From: Nitrospinaceae bacterium
GTDB lineage: Bacteria; Nitrospinota; Nitrospinia; Nitrospinales; Nitrospinaceae
Direction: 5' to 3'
DNA length: 64,000 nt
NCBI GenBank assembly: GCA_965223665.1
Contig: OZ245011.1
Span: 2,144,001-2,208,000, forward strand
Positions 49,228-59,027 of this stretch are shown here, in pieces. Each line of letters opens with the position of its first letter. The first letter of the stretch is position 1. A program made the position numbers and the translations under genes. Under the pieces are notes generated by a model. That model searched no databases and had not been told where the DNA came from. It saw nothing but the letters and a program-made list of their open reading frames with translations.

Positions 49228-49427
49228 TCTTCATCTTTGGGATCCGGGAACATCACGTCCAGCGTTTGTCTCACCGATTCCGAAACATTGGTAGACCCCG
49301 GTTGGTTCTTGCGAATCGAATCTTCGTTTTGCCAGAACTGGTCCCAGTAGATTTTGCTGAGTTGTTGTCCCGAGAGGACATCTTTCACGGTTCCGTCGGG
49401 ACGCTTGACGCGAACTTCATAAAACAT
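49200..49427 (-). CDS. Hypothetical protein
   Basis: MFYEVRVKRPDGTVK..LS...LSK.YW; first gene of the minus-strand run. Confidence 0.55.
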   Translation of the reverse strand: MFYEVRVKRPDGTVKDVLSGQQLSKIYWDQFWQNEDSIRKNQPGSTNVSESVRQTLDVMFPDPKDEEWRQEWSKL

Positions 49428-49624
49428 GGAAAACCCTGTAAGGAATCAGAATTCAGGCGGGCCGCACTCACACGTTCGCCCAATACTCTATTAATTTACA
49501 AGGTTTCGAAACAAAATGTAATGGAAGGGATAAGTGGAAGTTGGTTGTGGAAGTAATTTATGAATGTTTCACAAGGAACGTAACGTATCAGATAATTTAA
49601 ATATAAGATTCTAGAGGGTGATAC

Positions 49625-49805
49625 CCCCAGCCCTCTTTAAAAAGGAGACCTTTGCGTAAGTCAGAAAAAATAAAACCCCTGAATGTGAATCACCCCGACC
49701 CTCTTTAGGAAAGAGGGCGAACATGGGTTTCCAGTTTTTAATTAGACCTGTTTGTTCAATAATCCTTGCTTATGCAAGGCTCTCTTTAAAAAGAGGGAGC
49801 ACATC
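49625..49805 (+). repeat. ~180-bp composite REP-like repeat, copy 1
   Basis: Near-identical to 59745-59924. Confidence 0.85.
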
Positions 49806-49870
49806 TACTTTTATTTTTATGTTTTCTTCTGAAGGAAAAATCCGGAAAGCTATTTCATTGAATTTTGTAT

Positions 49871-51712
49871 TCATTCTTTTGATTTAGGTTTTTGGCGGCG
49901 GATGTGTTCGAGGTTTTTTTGGATGGCCAGGACGTTGGCGTGGTCTTTGCCAAAGGCGGTTTTGAAAATGGCCAACGCGTTTTCAAAATATTCCGTGGCG
50001 ATTTTAGAGTTGCCTTTCATGTACCAGGCGCCGGCCAGGGTGCTCCAATGAAACCCCATCTTCGGATGACTTTTTCCATAAGTGACTCTATCGATGTCCA
50101 TTGCCTTTTCATAATACTCGATCGCTTTGTCCTGATCGCCCTTGCTGCTCCAGGCCACTCCCAGATGGTTCCAGCGTGCGGCCAGGTTGGGATGATCTTC
50201 CCCATAAGTTTTAATATCACTGTTCAAAGCTTTTTCTAAATACTCGATGGCTTTGTCAAAATTCTCTTGTGCACCGTAGGCCGATCCCAGGTTGTTCCAG
50301 TCGGCCGCCACATGCGGATGCTCTTCGCCAAAGTTTTTGAGATCGCTCGCCAGAGCTTTTTCATAATACTCGATGGCATTTTTGTAATTGCCTTTATCCT
50401 GCCAGGCGGTGCCCAGGTTGTTCCAACTGGTGGCCACTCGCGGATGTTTTTCTCCAAACGTTTTCTGGTTGACGGCTAACGCTTTTTCGAAAAACTCAAT
50501 GGCCTTATCGTACTTTTCTTTTTTGGCCCACACTTCACCAAGATGCGTCCACCTTATGGCCAGCTTGGGATGGTCCGGATCATACGTTTTCAGATCACTC
50601 GCCAACGCTTTCTCGTAATACGGAATGGCTTTGTCGTAGTTGCCTTTTCTCTCCCAGGTCATTCCGAGGTTGTTCAGGTTGGTGGCGATGCGTGGATGAT
50701 CTTCGCCATAGTTTTTGATATTGCTGGTCAGGGATTTATTAAAAAACTGGATCGCCTGTTCCAGGTTGCCCTTGTCTCTCCAGGCTTCTCCCAGGTTATT
50801 CCACGCCATGGCGATGAGAGGATGATCGGCACTGTGAGATTTTTTTAAATTTCTAACGGACCTGCCGTAATACTGAATGGCCTTATCGTAGTTACCGAGT
50901 TTTTTAAAAAGAAAACCGTTGGCGTTGGCATACAACGCATTGTCCTGGGCCAGTTGGGCCGCACTTTCCAAATGCTGCAGCGCCTGTGCGTATCTGGCCT
51001 GCTCGCTGTAAATTTTTCCCAGTCGGTAATGAACTAAAGCCTCATCGTCTTTACTGGGGAGTCGTGTTGGATGTCCCACCAATTCCTGCAACAGCTTTTC
51101 TGCTTCGGAGGTATCGCCTTTTTTCAAGGCCTGCCCGGCCAGTTTCAATTGTTCGGATGAAAACTGTTTTTCGAATTTCTGGAGATCGGTGTGAGTGTCT
51201 TTCAATAGCTGAATGTGATCTTCCAGGGAATTTTGCAAATCGACTTGTTTGCTTTGAATGGCGTGCATTTGCAATTGCAGGACTTTCATTCCTGCAAGGC
51301 TTTTACCGCGCGCCTCATTGATCTCAGCGCGAATTTCGGATTCGCGTTTTTTGAGAGTCGCCAGGTGCTGTCCCAAGGTGATTTCATAGACAATTTTTTT
51401 TTCTTCCGCGGGTGGGGTTCCATCAATGGGGTTGCCGCGAACCGGCTTGCCGGATCCTTGAGCCCAGGAAAGACTAACGGAACTTAAGGAGATCATTATA
51501 AAAAGGAGAAGAGTAATCAGAAAATATAAAACCCCTGGAGGTGAATCACCCCGACCGCGGGGAAGGCCCCGCCACCTGCATTTCATCTTCGATGGGTTCC
51601 ATCGATTTCTTAAATCCATCGACTTTTGGAAATCCTTTTTGCCTCCAACCGCTAGGTTGGGAAAGAGGGCGAACATGGGTCTCCGATTATTTTCTGTATT
51701 TGATTGTTCCAT
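49871..51712 (-). CDS. TPR-repeat protein (42-aa kinesin-light-chain-type repeats); start uncertain
   Basis: Repeats HP..A..WNNLG.AW..KG.YDKAI.YYEKAL; first ~60 codons traverse a REP-like element. Confidence 0.85.
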   Translation of the reverse strand: MEQSNTENNRRPMFALFPNLAVGGKKDFQKSMDLRNRWNPSKMKCRWRGLPRGRGDSPPGVLYFLITLLLFIMISLSSVSLSWAQGSGKPVRGNPIDGTPPAEEKKIVYEITLGQHLATLKKRESEIRAEINEARGKSLAGMKVLQLQMHAIQSKQVDLQNSLEDHIQLLKDTHTDLQKFEKQFSSEQLKLAGQALKKGDTSEAEKLLQELVGHPTRLPSKDDEALVHYRLGKIYSEQARYAQALQHLESAAQLAQDNALYANANGFLFKKLGNYDKAIQYYGRSVRNLKKSHSADHPLIAMAWNNLGEAWRDKGNLEQAIQFFNKSLTSNIKNYGEDHPRIATNLNNLGMTWERKGNYDKAIPYYEKALASDLKTYDPDHPKLAIRWTHLGEVWAKKEKYDKAIEFFEKALAVNQKTFGEKHPRVATSWNNLGTAWQDKGNYKNAIEYYEKALASDLKNFGEEHPHVAADWNNLGSAYGAQENFDKAIEYLEKALNSDIKTYGEDHPNLAARWNHLGVAWSSKGDQDKAIEYYEKAMDIDRVTYGKSHPKMGFHWSTLAGAWYMKGNSKIATEYFENALAIFKTAFGKDHANVLAIQKNLEHIRRQKPKSKE

Positions 51713-51890
51713 TATCTTTTGTTATGCAAAGAACCCTTCATGAAAGGGGGAGCACATCCACTTTGTTTAAATACTTGTTGTATAGGGTTCATTGCAGAGT
51801 GATAGGAGACACTCTGGCAAAAGGGAATAATTTTATAAAACCCCTGGCGGCAAATCCCTCCAGCTCGGCCCCCGGCCGATTGGAAAATTG
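51528..51890 (+). repeat. REP-like repeat cluster
   Basis: Long form 51528-51690 plus partial copies at ~51735-51760 and ~51837-51890. Confidence 0.7.
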
Positions 51891-52051
51891 ATTTACGATG
51901 AGCTAATTTCAATTCCATATCTTCACGAAGCTTTTTAATATTACTTCTACTTCTATCCACTAATTTAAAAAAGTGAAGTTTGATTCGTTTTTTCTTTTCT
52001 GTTTTTTCTCGGGGGCCGTTGCTAACCACATGCAAGTTCATATAAGGAACT

Positions 52052-53539
52052 TCATTTTTTTGGGAGGCGATCCAGGTAGTACTTCACATCATTATACTTA
52101 TGGTTAAGCCCGAAGTTTTGGTAAATCCCGGCGGCTTCTTGATAATTGACCAGAGCAGAATCATAATTGTTTTGCAGATCATAGGTATAACCGAGGTTGA
52201 ACTTTCGGTCCGCCACTTTGGGATGGTTGTTACCAAAAGTGTCTATATCGCTGGCCAGGGCCTGCTCAAAATAATCTAAGGCCTTCGGGTAATCTTCCTT
52301 ATCTCTCCATGCGGCACCCAGGTTATTCAATCCGACCGCAACTAAAGGATGCCCGGCACCGAGGGATTTTTTCCAGCTTCCCAGAGCTTTGGTGTAATAA
52401 TCGATGGCTTTGTCATAGTTTCCCTGGAGTCGGCACACTTCGCCCAGGTTGTTTTGATTGGTCGCCACCTGGGGATGCTCATCTCCATAGACCTGAACAT
52501 TGATGTCCAGCGCAGACTGATAATATTCGGTGGCCAAATCGTATTCGCCTTTGGCCCGGTAAGCGTCCCCCAGGTTGTTTCGATTCAATGCGACTGCAGG
52601 ATCTTCTTCCCCCAGATTTTTCACATTACTGTTGAGGGCTTTTTGATAATACTCCACCGCTTTATCGAGGTCTCCTTTATCCTGCCAAACGTCTCCCAGG
52701 TTGTTCCAGTTGGTGGCAATTTTAGGGTGGTCTTCCCCGTATACCTTGATATTGCCGGCCAGCGCTTTTTCATAAAATTCAATGGCCTTATCGTACTGAC
52801 CTTTGCTTTTCCAGGCTAACCCCAAATTGTTCATTCCCGTAGCAATGTCTGGGTAATCATCGCCCTCGCGGATCCGCCAGCTTTCGGTCGCCTTTTCATA
52901 AAACTCGATGGCTTTATCGTAATAACCCAGTGTCGAGTAAAGAATCCCAGTTTCGTTCGAATACAAACCGTCTCCCGGATCCAATTGAGCGGCTCGTTCA
53001 AAGTTTTTCAACGCTTCCGGATAATTCACTTCATCATCGGCCATTTTGGCTAGCCGGTAATGTCCCACCGCCAGTTTTTCGACGGCAGCCAACAAGTCTT
53101 TATTTTCGATCACTTCTTTAATGAGTTTTTTAGCTTCTTCGAGATCGCCCTTTTCCAGGGCCTGGGTGGCGCGGTCCATCTGACCGGATGAAAACAGATC
53201 CTTGAACTTTTGCAGGTCTTCGTTAGTGTCTTGCAGTTGCTGGATGCGTTGCTGATAAGATTCTTCCAGGTTTTCCTGTTTCGCCTGAATACCACTCAAT
53301 TCCATTTCCAATCCATGAATCCGGGCACGGTCTTTTCCATGCTCACGTTCCAGTTCAGCGCGAATCTGGGCTTCCCGTTTCTGCAAAAAATCATGGTGTT
53401 GTTCCAGGGTGATGCCGGTGTAAATGATTTTGTCGCGGCCAATCTTATCTTCGCCGACTTTATCGCCTCCTACCTGGTCCCCTTGCACCGAATGACCCAA
53501 AGGCGGAACATTTTTTTCTGAGGTTTTGTCGTCACTCAT
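52052..53539 (-). CDS. TPR-repeat protein with N-terminal GDK pentapeptide repeats
   Basis: GDQVGGDKVGEDKIGRDKI, then a coiled-coil (ITLEQH..) and 42-aa TPRs. Confidence 0.9.
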   Translation of the reverse strand: MSDDKTSEKNVPPLGHSVQGDQVGGDKVGEDKIGRDKIIYTGITLEQHHDFLQKREAQIRAELEREHGKDRARIHGLEMELSGIQAKQENLEESYQQRIQQLQDTNEDLQKFKDLFSSGQMDRATQALEKGDLEEAKKLIKEVIENKDLLAAVEKLAVGHYRLAKMADDEVNYPEALKNFERAAQLDPGDGLYSNETGILYSTLGYYDKAIEFYEKATESWRIREGDDYPDIATGMNNLGLAWKSKGQYDKAIEFYEKALAGNIKVYGEDHPKIATNWNNLGDVWQDKGDLDKAVEYYQKALNSNVKNLGEEDPAVALNRNNLGDAYRAKGEYDLATEYYQSALDINVQVYGDEHPQVATNQNNLGEVCRLQGNYDKAIDYYTKALGSWKKSLGAGHPLVAVGLNNLGAAWRDKEDYPKALDYFEQALASDIDTFGNNHPKVADRKFNLGYTYDLQNNYDSALVNYQEAAGIYQNFGLNHKYNDVKYYLDRLPKK

Positions 53540-54474
53540 TCGCTTTCATTCAGCACCGAGTATTCACGCAATGGATCGAGATAAGTTTTTACATCTTTCA
53601 CCAAATGATCCAACCCGAATTTCTGGTAGGTCGCTAAAGCTCTTTCGTAATATTGCAAAGCGGTGGGGTTTTTCTCTAAAAACTCATACATAAATCCAAG
53701 ATTAAAACAGCGGTCTGCAATCTTCAGATGATCTTCCCCAAAGTTTTTGAGATCGATGGACAAAGCTTTTTCATAAAACTTCACTGCCTTTTCGTATTGG
53801 CCCAGTGCAAAGAAAAGGTACCCTGTATTTTCCAGATACAATATTTTATCCGGAACCAGTTGGATGGCGCTTTGAAAATAGTCCAGGGCTTTGGGGTAGT
53901 CGAAATCGTTCTCGGCCAGTCGACCAATCTGGAAAGCGACTTCAGCCGCCTGCAGCTTGAACTGGTCTAACGGTTTATCCGGGTGAGCGATAAAGGTCAG
54001 ATAATGATCCAAAGCCTGTTGGAAAAGATTTTCAGCCTTTTCTGTTTTACCTTCGTTGAGAAGAGCTTCCGCTTCATTAAGCTGTCCCTTTGGAATCGTG
54101 GGTTGCCGCTCTAATGCTTCCATTGCTTCGGCCAAATAAGTTTTGGTTTTTGGCAAATCGTTTTCGATATGCTTGAGCCGATCGAGGGTCAGGTTTAAAA
54201 TATTTTCCAGGAAATCAATTTCTTTATCATCTCGGAGATCCCCTTTGGCATATTCCTTTTCCAGCTCCTTTTGGACCTGGTGAATTTCTCTCTCCAACTC
54301 CTTCTTGTGACCGGCCAGTGAGACTCCCGTTATATTATTTCCCAGACTCGCATCCCCACTGTAAATATCTTCTTGAACATGATCTCTATAAAACTTGATT
54401 CTTCGAGTCAAAGAAAGGGTTGCCCTTTTCTTAAAAGGAACCTGGATATTCCGGGATTTCATATTTTTAGCCAT
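53536..54474 (-). CDS. Shorter TPR-repeat paralog
   Basis: Same coiled-coil + TPR layout; C-terminus DVKTYLD.L similar to 52052..53539. Confidence 0.85.
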   Translation of the reverse strand: MAKNMKSRNIQVPFKKRATLSLTRRIKFYRDHVQEDIYSGDASLGNNITGVSLAGHKKELEREIHQVQKELEKEYAKGDLRDDKEIDFLENILNLTLDRLKHIENDLPKTKTYLAEAMEALERQPTIPKGQLNEAEALLNEGKTEKAENLFQQALDHYLTFIAHPDKPLDQFKLQAAEVAFQIGRLAENDFDYPKALDYFQSAIQLVPDKILYLENTGYLFFALGQYEKAVKFYEKALSIDLKNFGEDHLKIADRCFNLGFMYEFLEKNPTALQYYERALATYQKFGLDHLVKDVKTYLDPLREYSVLNESE

Positions 54475-54556
54475 TACTTAATTCCTAACATAACTTTAAA
54501 ACATTAATCACTTTTCACCGGTCAGGGGGGAACATTCCCACCTCAACGGAGATCTC

Positions 54557-55099
54557 TTATATTAAGGCCAAAGCAAAGCCGACCAGTTTGCCGATCTTTT
54601 TCGCAATGGGTACTGCTTTCTCATAAATGCTGGTCACCTTATCCGCTAAACTTGCGGTTTTTTCTACGGTGGTATTCACTTTTCCTAAAAACCCTTCCGC
54701 GCCTTTCACGAAATCTGAGACCTTATGGGTCGCTTCTTCAGAAGCCGCTTCACCAACTTCTACGGACTCGACACTTTCTTTAGCAGTTTTCAAATCTTTC
54801 AGTTGGCTGGTGGCTTCGAGAATCAAATCATTTTTGTCGTCATCGTTTACATCTTCTGAGTTCATTATTTCAGTGCGGATTCCTTCTATGAGAACTTTTA
54901 ATTCCTCCATTCCGTCGACAGTCTCTTTTTTGGCTTCTGGTTTTTCGAACCAGGTTTGCGAAATATTGTGGGTAATTTTATTACCGCCAATTTTATCGCC
55001 CATAATTTTATCGCCGCCGACTTTATCCCCCTGGATAATGTCACCACCCGCGGATATATTACCGCCAGCTGAAATACCGCCTTTATTTTCGTCGCCCAT
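54557..55099 (-). CDS. Helical protein with N-terminal Gly-rich SAGG/GDK repeats
   Basis: GGISAGGNISAGGDIIQGDKVGGDKIMGDKIGGNKI; AGGAGA RBS; hydrophobic C-terminus. Confidence 0.8.
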   Translation of the reverse strand: MGDENKGGISAGGNISAGGDIIQGDKVGGDKIMGDKIGGNKITHNISQTWFEKPEAKKETVDGMEELKVLIEGIRTEIMNSEDVNDDDKNDLILEATSQLKDLKTAKESVESVEVGEAASEEATHKVSDFVKGAEGFLGKVNTTVEKTASLADKVTSIYEKAVPIAKKIGKLVGFALALI

Positions 55100-55618
55100 G
55101 TTTACTTTCTCCTGTGAAAGTTTTTTTTACAGACTGTTTTTATCCAAATAGTTTTGGGAAAAACTGAATGTTTTCAGGAAATTCCATTTCAACTTAATAG
55201 GATCCCCATCCGGTGGGCGAAACTGCCAATCCTTTTACCTCTTGCAAGGGCTACCTAAAAGGACTGTTCCTATATTCGATATTTATCAAAACATACTCCT
55301 TTCAATTTTGAGGTGCAAGAGTAAATTCCTGATCTTTTTAACTATCGAGGCCTTTATTTTAATGGGTTTACGTAAGGGTTTAATTCTCAAACACTTCCCC
55401 TTAACCGGGGCGCTTCTATATATATAAATTTAATTCAGGATTAGGACTCGATGAGGTTAGCCGTGCGTTGGGATAGGGAGAAAAATGGGGAAAGATCTTC
55501 TTTTCGAAGGGCGGGGGTATTAAACTTGAGCGGGGTTTCTTTTCAAAAATTCTGAAAACTTAAAAGCTTTTTAGATTTTGGATCTGGTTCAAGTGGGAGG
55601 GAAAAACTGGGAACGCTG

Positions 55619-55876
55619 TTATTTGTTTTGGCTGATCTCTTTATCTTGTTCTTCTGAGGAAATTTTTACCTCGTCCCAATGATCAATAATCTGGTGCGCA
55701 ATACTTTCCAAATTCGAATGCGGCCCATAACCTCCGGGGCAAGACCAAAGCGGTTGTTTTTCTCCATGAAGGTAAGCTTCAAATTTTACCAACCTGTCAA
55801 TATGAACCTCGCCCACTTTCTGGTTTTCATAAATTTCCACTTGATGCCCTTTGTAGGCAAACAACTTTTTATTCAT
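55619..55876 (-). CDS. Hypothetical protein
   Basis: GAGGAGG RBS before MNKKLFAY. Confidence 0.6.
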   Translation of the reverse strand: MNKKLFAYKGHQVEIYENQKVGEVHIDRLVKFEAYLHGEKQPLWSCPGGYGPHSNLESIAHQIIDHWDEVKISSEEQDKEISQNK

Positions 55877-56533
55877 AGACTGCCCCTCCTCTGTATTCAC
55901 AGGCGCGCTATTAAAAAATGAACTCGAAGTTTAATTTCAAAATATTCTTATGAATTTCTAAAACACTTCCAACAATTTAAGTTTAGGATAAAATTGGTCC
56001 ACCATTTTCCAACCCACTTAAAGCGCCTCTTGAGACATTGGTTGGTATGAGTCACGGGGATTCATTGAGTTTGAGTGGACCCAACAGAACTTAAGCTCAA
56101 ACTTAAAATTTCATATTTTATAGCAATCCAATATTTTTGATAAAACGAACCTATAAAAAAAAATATCGGAATCTACTAGGTTTATACCACAAAAAGGGCT
56201 TACGTTTCCTTAATTTTTGAAAAATTTTTATTTTGATTTTCAAAAAAATTCCTAACACAAAAAAGTTATTTATTTTCAAATACTTGTAAAGGCGTAATTT
56301 AGAGATAGATAATTGAAATAAACCGATTCAGTTCCTGCTCACCCCAAACAAACTATTCGAATCAAATATTTTAAATGTCCCTCGAATATAGTAGATAATT
56401 TTATTAGGTTTAAGAATATGGTTCTTCTCCACATTACCCTGATGTTAATAATGAGGCTTTTCGTTATTATGTGACAACCCAATCGTAAAACTGGGAGCGG
56501 TTCAATTTAATTTTTTACTCGCAGCAGGTACTC

Positions 56534-57190
56534 ATGAATTTCATGTTTCTGATCCGGTGGATCCCTCCAAAAATACTGTCGGCCCAGGCCAGGAAGCCAA
56601 GGGGTTTTCTGGGTCGTTATTTAATGAAGAATATTTTTATTAATAACAACGCCGACCTGAATGCATTTATAAAGGAAAACCTGGGCTTAAAGTCCAACGA
56701 TCACGTTTTAGAAATCGGATTTGGACCCGGGCGACTCATTCACGCCATGGCGAAAACAGTTTCTGAGGGAGTCATTGAAGGAATCGATTTTTCCCGCGTG
56801 ATGCATGAGGAAGCAAGTGCTTTTAACCAGGAGTCCATTGCTTCGGGAAAGGTTCAGCTGCATTCGGGAAATTGTGAAAGCCTCCCTTTTTTAGACCAAA
56901 CGTTTCATAAACTCTGCTCCGCCAACACTCTTTACTTTTGGAAGGATCCCTTACCCTACTTTCAAGAGATGTATCGTGTCCTCAAACCCGGAGGAAGCCT
57001 GGTGATTGGGTTTCGTGATGATGAGCAAATGAAACCGCTGCGGTTGGACCGTACGGTATTTAATACCTACACTCAGGATGAAGTGAAGAACCTGCTTTCC
57101 CGAGTCGGGTTTCAGGAAATCGACATTAAAAGCAAAATCGGGAAGCCCTTTGACTCGCTTTGCGCGGTAGGAACCCGGCAAAACCAATAG
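56534..57190 (+). CDS. Class I SAM-dependent methyltransferase
   Basis: VLEIGFGPG, GIDFS, RVLKPGG. Confidence 0.9.
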   Translation: MNFMFLIRWIPPKILSAQARKPRGFLGRYLMKNIFINNNADLNAFIKENLGLKSNDHVLEIGFGPGRLIHAMAKTVSEGVIEGIDFSRVMHEEASAFNQESIASGKVQLHSGNCESLPFLDQTFHKLCSANTLYFWKDPLPYFQEMYRVLKPGGSLVIGFRDDEQMKPLRLDRTVFNTYTQDEVKNLLSRVGFQEIDIKSKIGKPFDSLCAVGTRQNQ

Positions 57191-57835
57191 GAATTCCAAT
57201 ATATTTTTGGCATAACAAATTAATTTCATGGTTTTTTTTCCACCCTTTAGAAAAATGTTGTGAATCCAATCTACATTTTTCTGGTTAAGGAACACCTCGA
57301 TTCACACCCTTATTTAATTAAAGTTCAGGGTTTTCCCAGGGGGTTCCAGGAAAATTAAGATTGAGTTTTCTGTTTTTACGGAGAATGATCCAATAAGACG
57401 TTGACCTGTAACCTATTTTAGCTGAAACTGGAAAACAAAAACGTATTAATTGTTCCGATATTAAGGGGGCTTATTTTTGAAGGAACTCCCCAGAGTTCAT
57501 TTGAAAAGGTAGAAATATCGGATAAAGAAGTTTAGGTAAATTAGAAAGGAAAAGAGAGAAACAAGGAAAATTGGATTTTTTCATAATTTTCTAAGGGGGG
57601 GAAGGTAAAGTCACCTTCTCTATAGACGCGCCTACAACTCATTACCTTGTTTTTTGCGGTTATAGTTTAATTCCGGAGGGACTGTGTAATTTTTCCGGGA
57701 ATAGATTCTAAAACTCAAGGTCTTTAATTCACTCTAAAGCTGCTCCCCTAAATAGAAATTCGTAATTCCGGCTCAAATTGTTTAGTGAGCGATTCGTACA
57801 CTATCAATAACAATTATTAGAATATATAAAATCAA

Positions 57836-58843
57836 ATGACCCAGGAAACCGCTGAAAGAGTTATACCTACTGAATTTACTGATCGTGTTTGCAACATCCT
57901 TATCGTTTGTATTAAAGGAATGCGGGACCAGCTTCTCATCGAAGATCCTTTAAACCAAAAATTAGAACAGTTAGAAAAAGTCATCCGTAAAGCTGCCCGT
58001 ATCGGCCAAATGACGGATTTAGGTAAAGCCATTGAAGATTTCTTCAAGGGTAAAAAACTGGAGAGCCAGTTTAAAGAATCAGAGAAAGAAGAAACCAAAA
58101 CCATTGTTCTTAGCATGGTGGGCGTGCTCAAAGAGGTGGTGGGCAATTTGGGAAGTTGCGACGATCATTTTGATGACTATATTAAAAAGATCGATGCTGC
58201 CGAAGACCTGAAAGATATTTTAGAAATCAAAAAACACCTCACCGATGAAACGCAAAAAATCAAAGACAGCACACAAAGCCTGAGAAAAGATTTAGAGAAT
58301 AGTCACCAAACCATTGAAGAGCTTACCAAAAGACTGGAGGACTCCAAAAATGAAAGTATGGTCGACGCGCTCACCAAAACCTTAAACCGGGCGGCGTATA
58401 ATTTGAAAATCAGCCATGCGTTACGCCAGTTCAAATTGACTCAAAAAACAAGTGTGCTGATGGTTTGCGATATCGATCATTTCAAAAAGTTCAATGACAC
58501 CTACGGTCACAAACTGGGAGACAAAGTGCTTTGTGCCGTGGCCTCTTCCATTCAAGGGAGTGTCCGCAAATCAGACGATATCTTTCGCTATGGAGGTGAA
58601 GAGTTTGTGGTCTTGTTGGGAGAATGTCCGCTGGAAGTGGGAAAACGCATTGCTGAAAAAATTCGTTCCACTATTGAGGGGGATTACCTGGTGCATCAGG
58701 AAGAAAAAATTTCCGTCACCATCAGTATCGGCGTGACTGCCCTCAAACCGGAAGACACTGAGGAATCGTTTTTTGAGCGTGCCGATAAAGCCATGTACCG
58801 CGCAAAAGAAGAAGGCCGCAACCGGATAGAAATCGAAAAGTAA
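57836..58843 (+). CDS. Diguanylate cyclase (GGDEF domain)
   Basis: DALT...NR, DIDHFKKFNDTYGH..GD, RKSD I-site, RYGGEEF. Confidence 0.95.
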   Translation: MTQETAERVIPTEFTDRVCNILIVCIKGMRDQLLIEDPLNQKLEQLEKVIRKAARIGQMTDLGKAIEDFFKGKKLESQFKESEKEETKTIVLSMVGVLKEVVGNLGSCDDHFDDYIKKIDAAEDLKDILEIKKHLTDETQKIKDSTQSLRKDLENSHQTIEELTKRLEDSKNESMVDALTKTLNRAAYNLKISHALRQFKLTQKTSVLMVCDIDHFKKFNDTYGHKLGDKVLCAVASSIQGSVRKSDDIFRYGGEEFVVLLGECPLEVGKRIAEKIRSTIEGDYLVHQEEKISVTISIGVTALKPEDTEESFFERADKAMYRAKEEGRNRIEIEK

Positions 58844-59027
58844 TTCCAGAAAATCCACTGGCCTTCAAAAAGTTTCCACCTTCTTTCTTTTGAAAACCCT
58901 CTTCTTACCCATAGATTTTTAGAATGGCTGAAGGCCCGGGCTCGTCCTATTTTTTTCTTTATTCCCCCCGTTTTTTTTATACAATTAATCTCACAAGTGT
59001 TATCGCCTTCAGGGAGAGTATGGGTTT

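Noticed and set aside
10666-49427. Diversity-generating retroelement, suggested by the BPP-1-like head genes
   Set aside because: No reverse transcriptase, and no TR/VR pair with adenine-specific differences is visible; variation among paralogs affects all bases.
10600-49800. attL/attR prophage boundaries
   Set aside because: No integrase, tRNA target or unique flanking direct repeat was found by eye; the repeats near the edges belong to the dispersed REP-like family.
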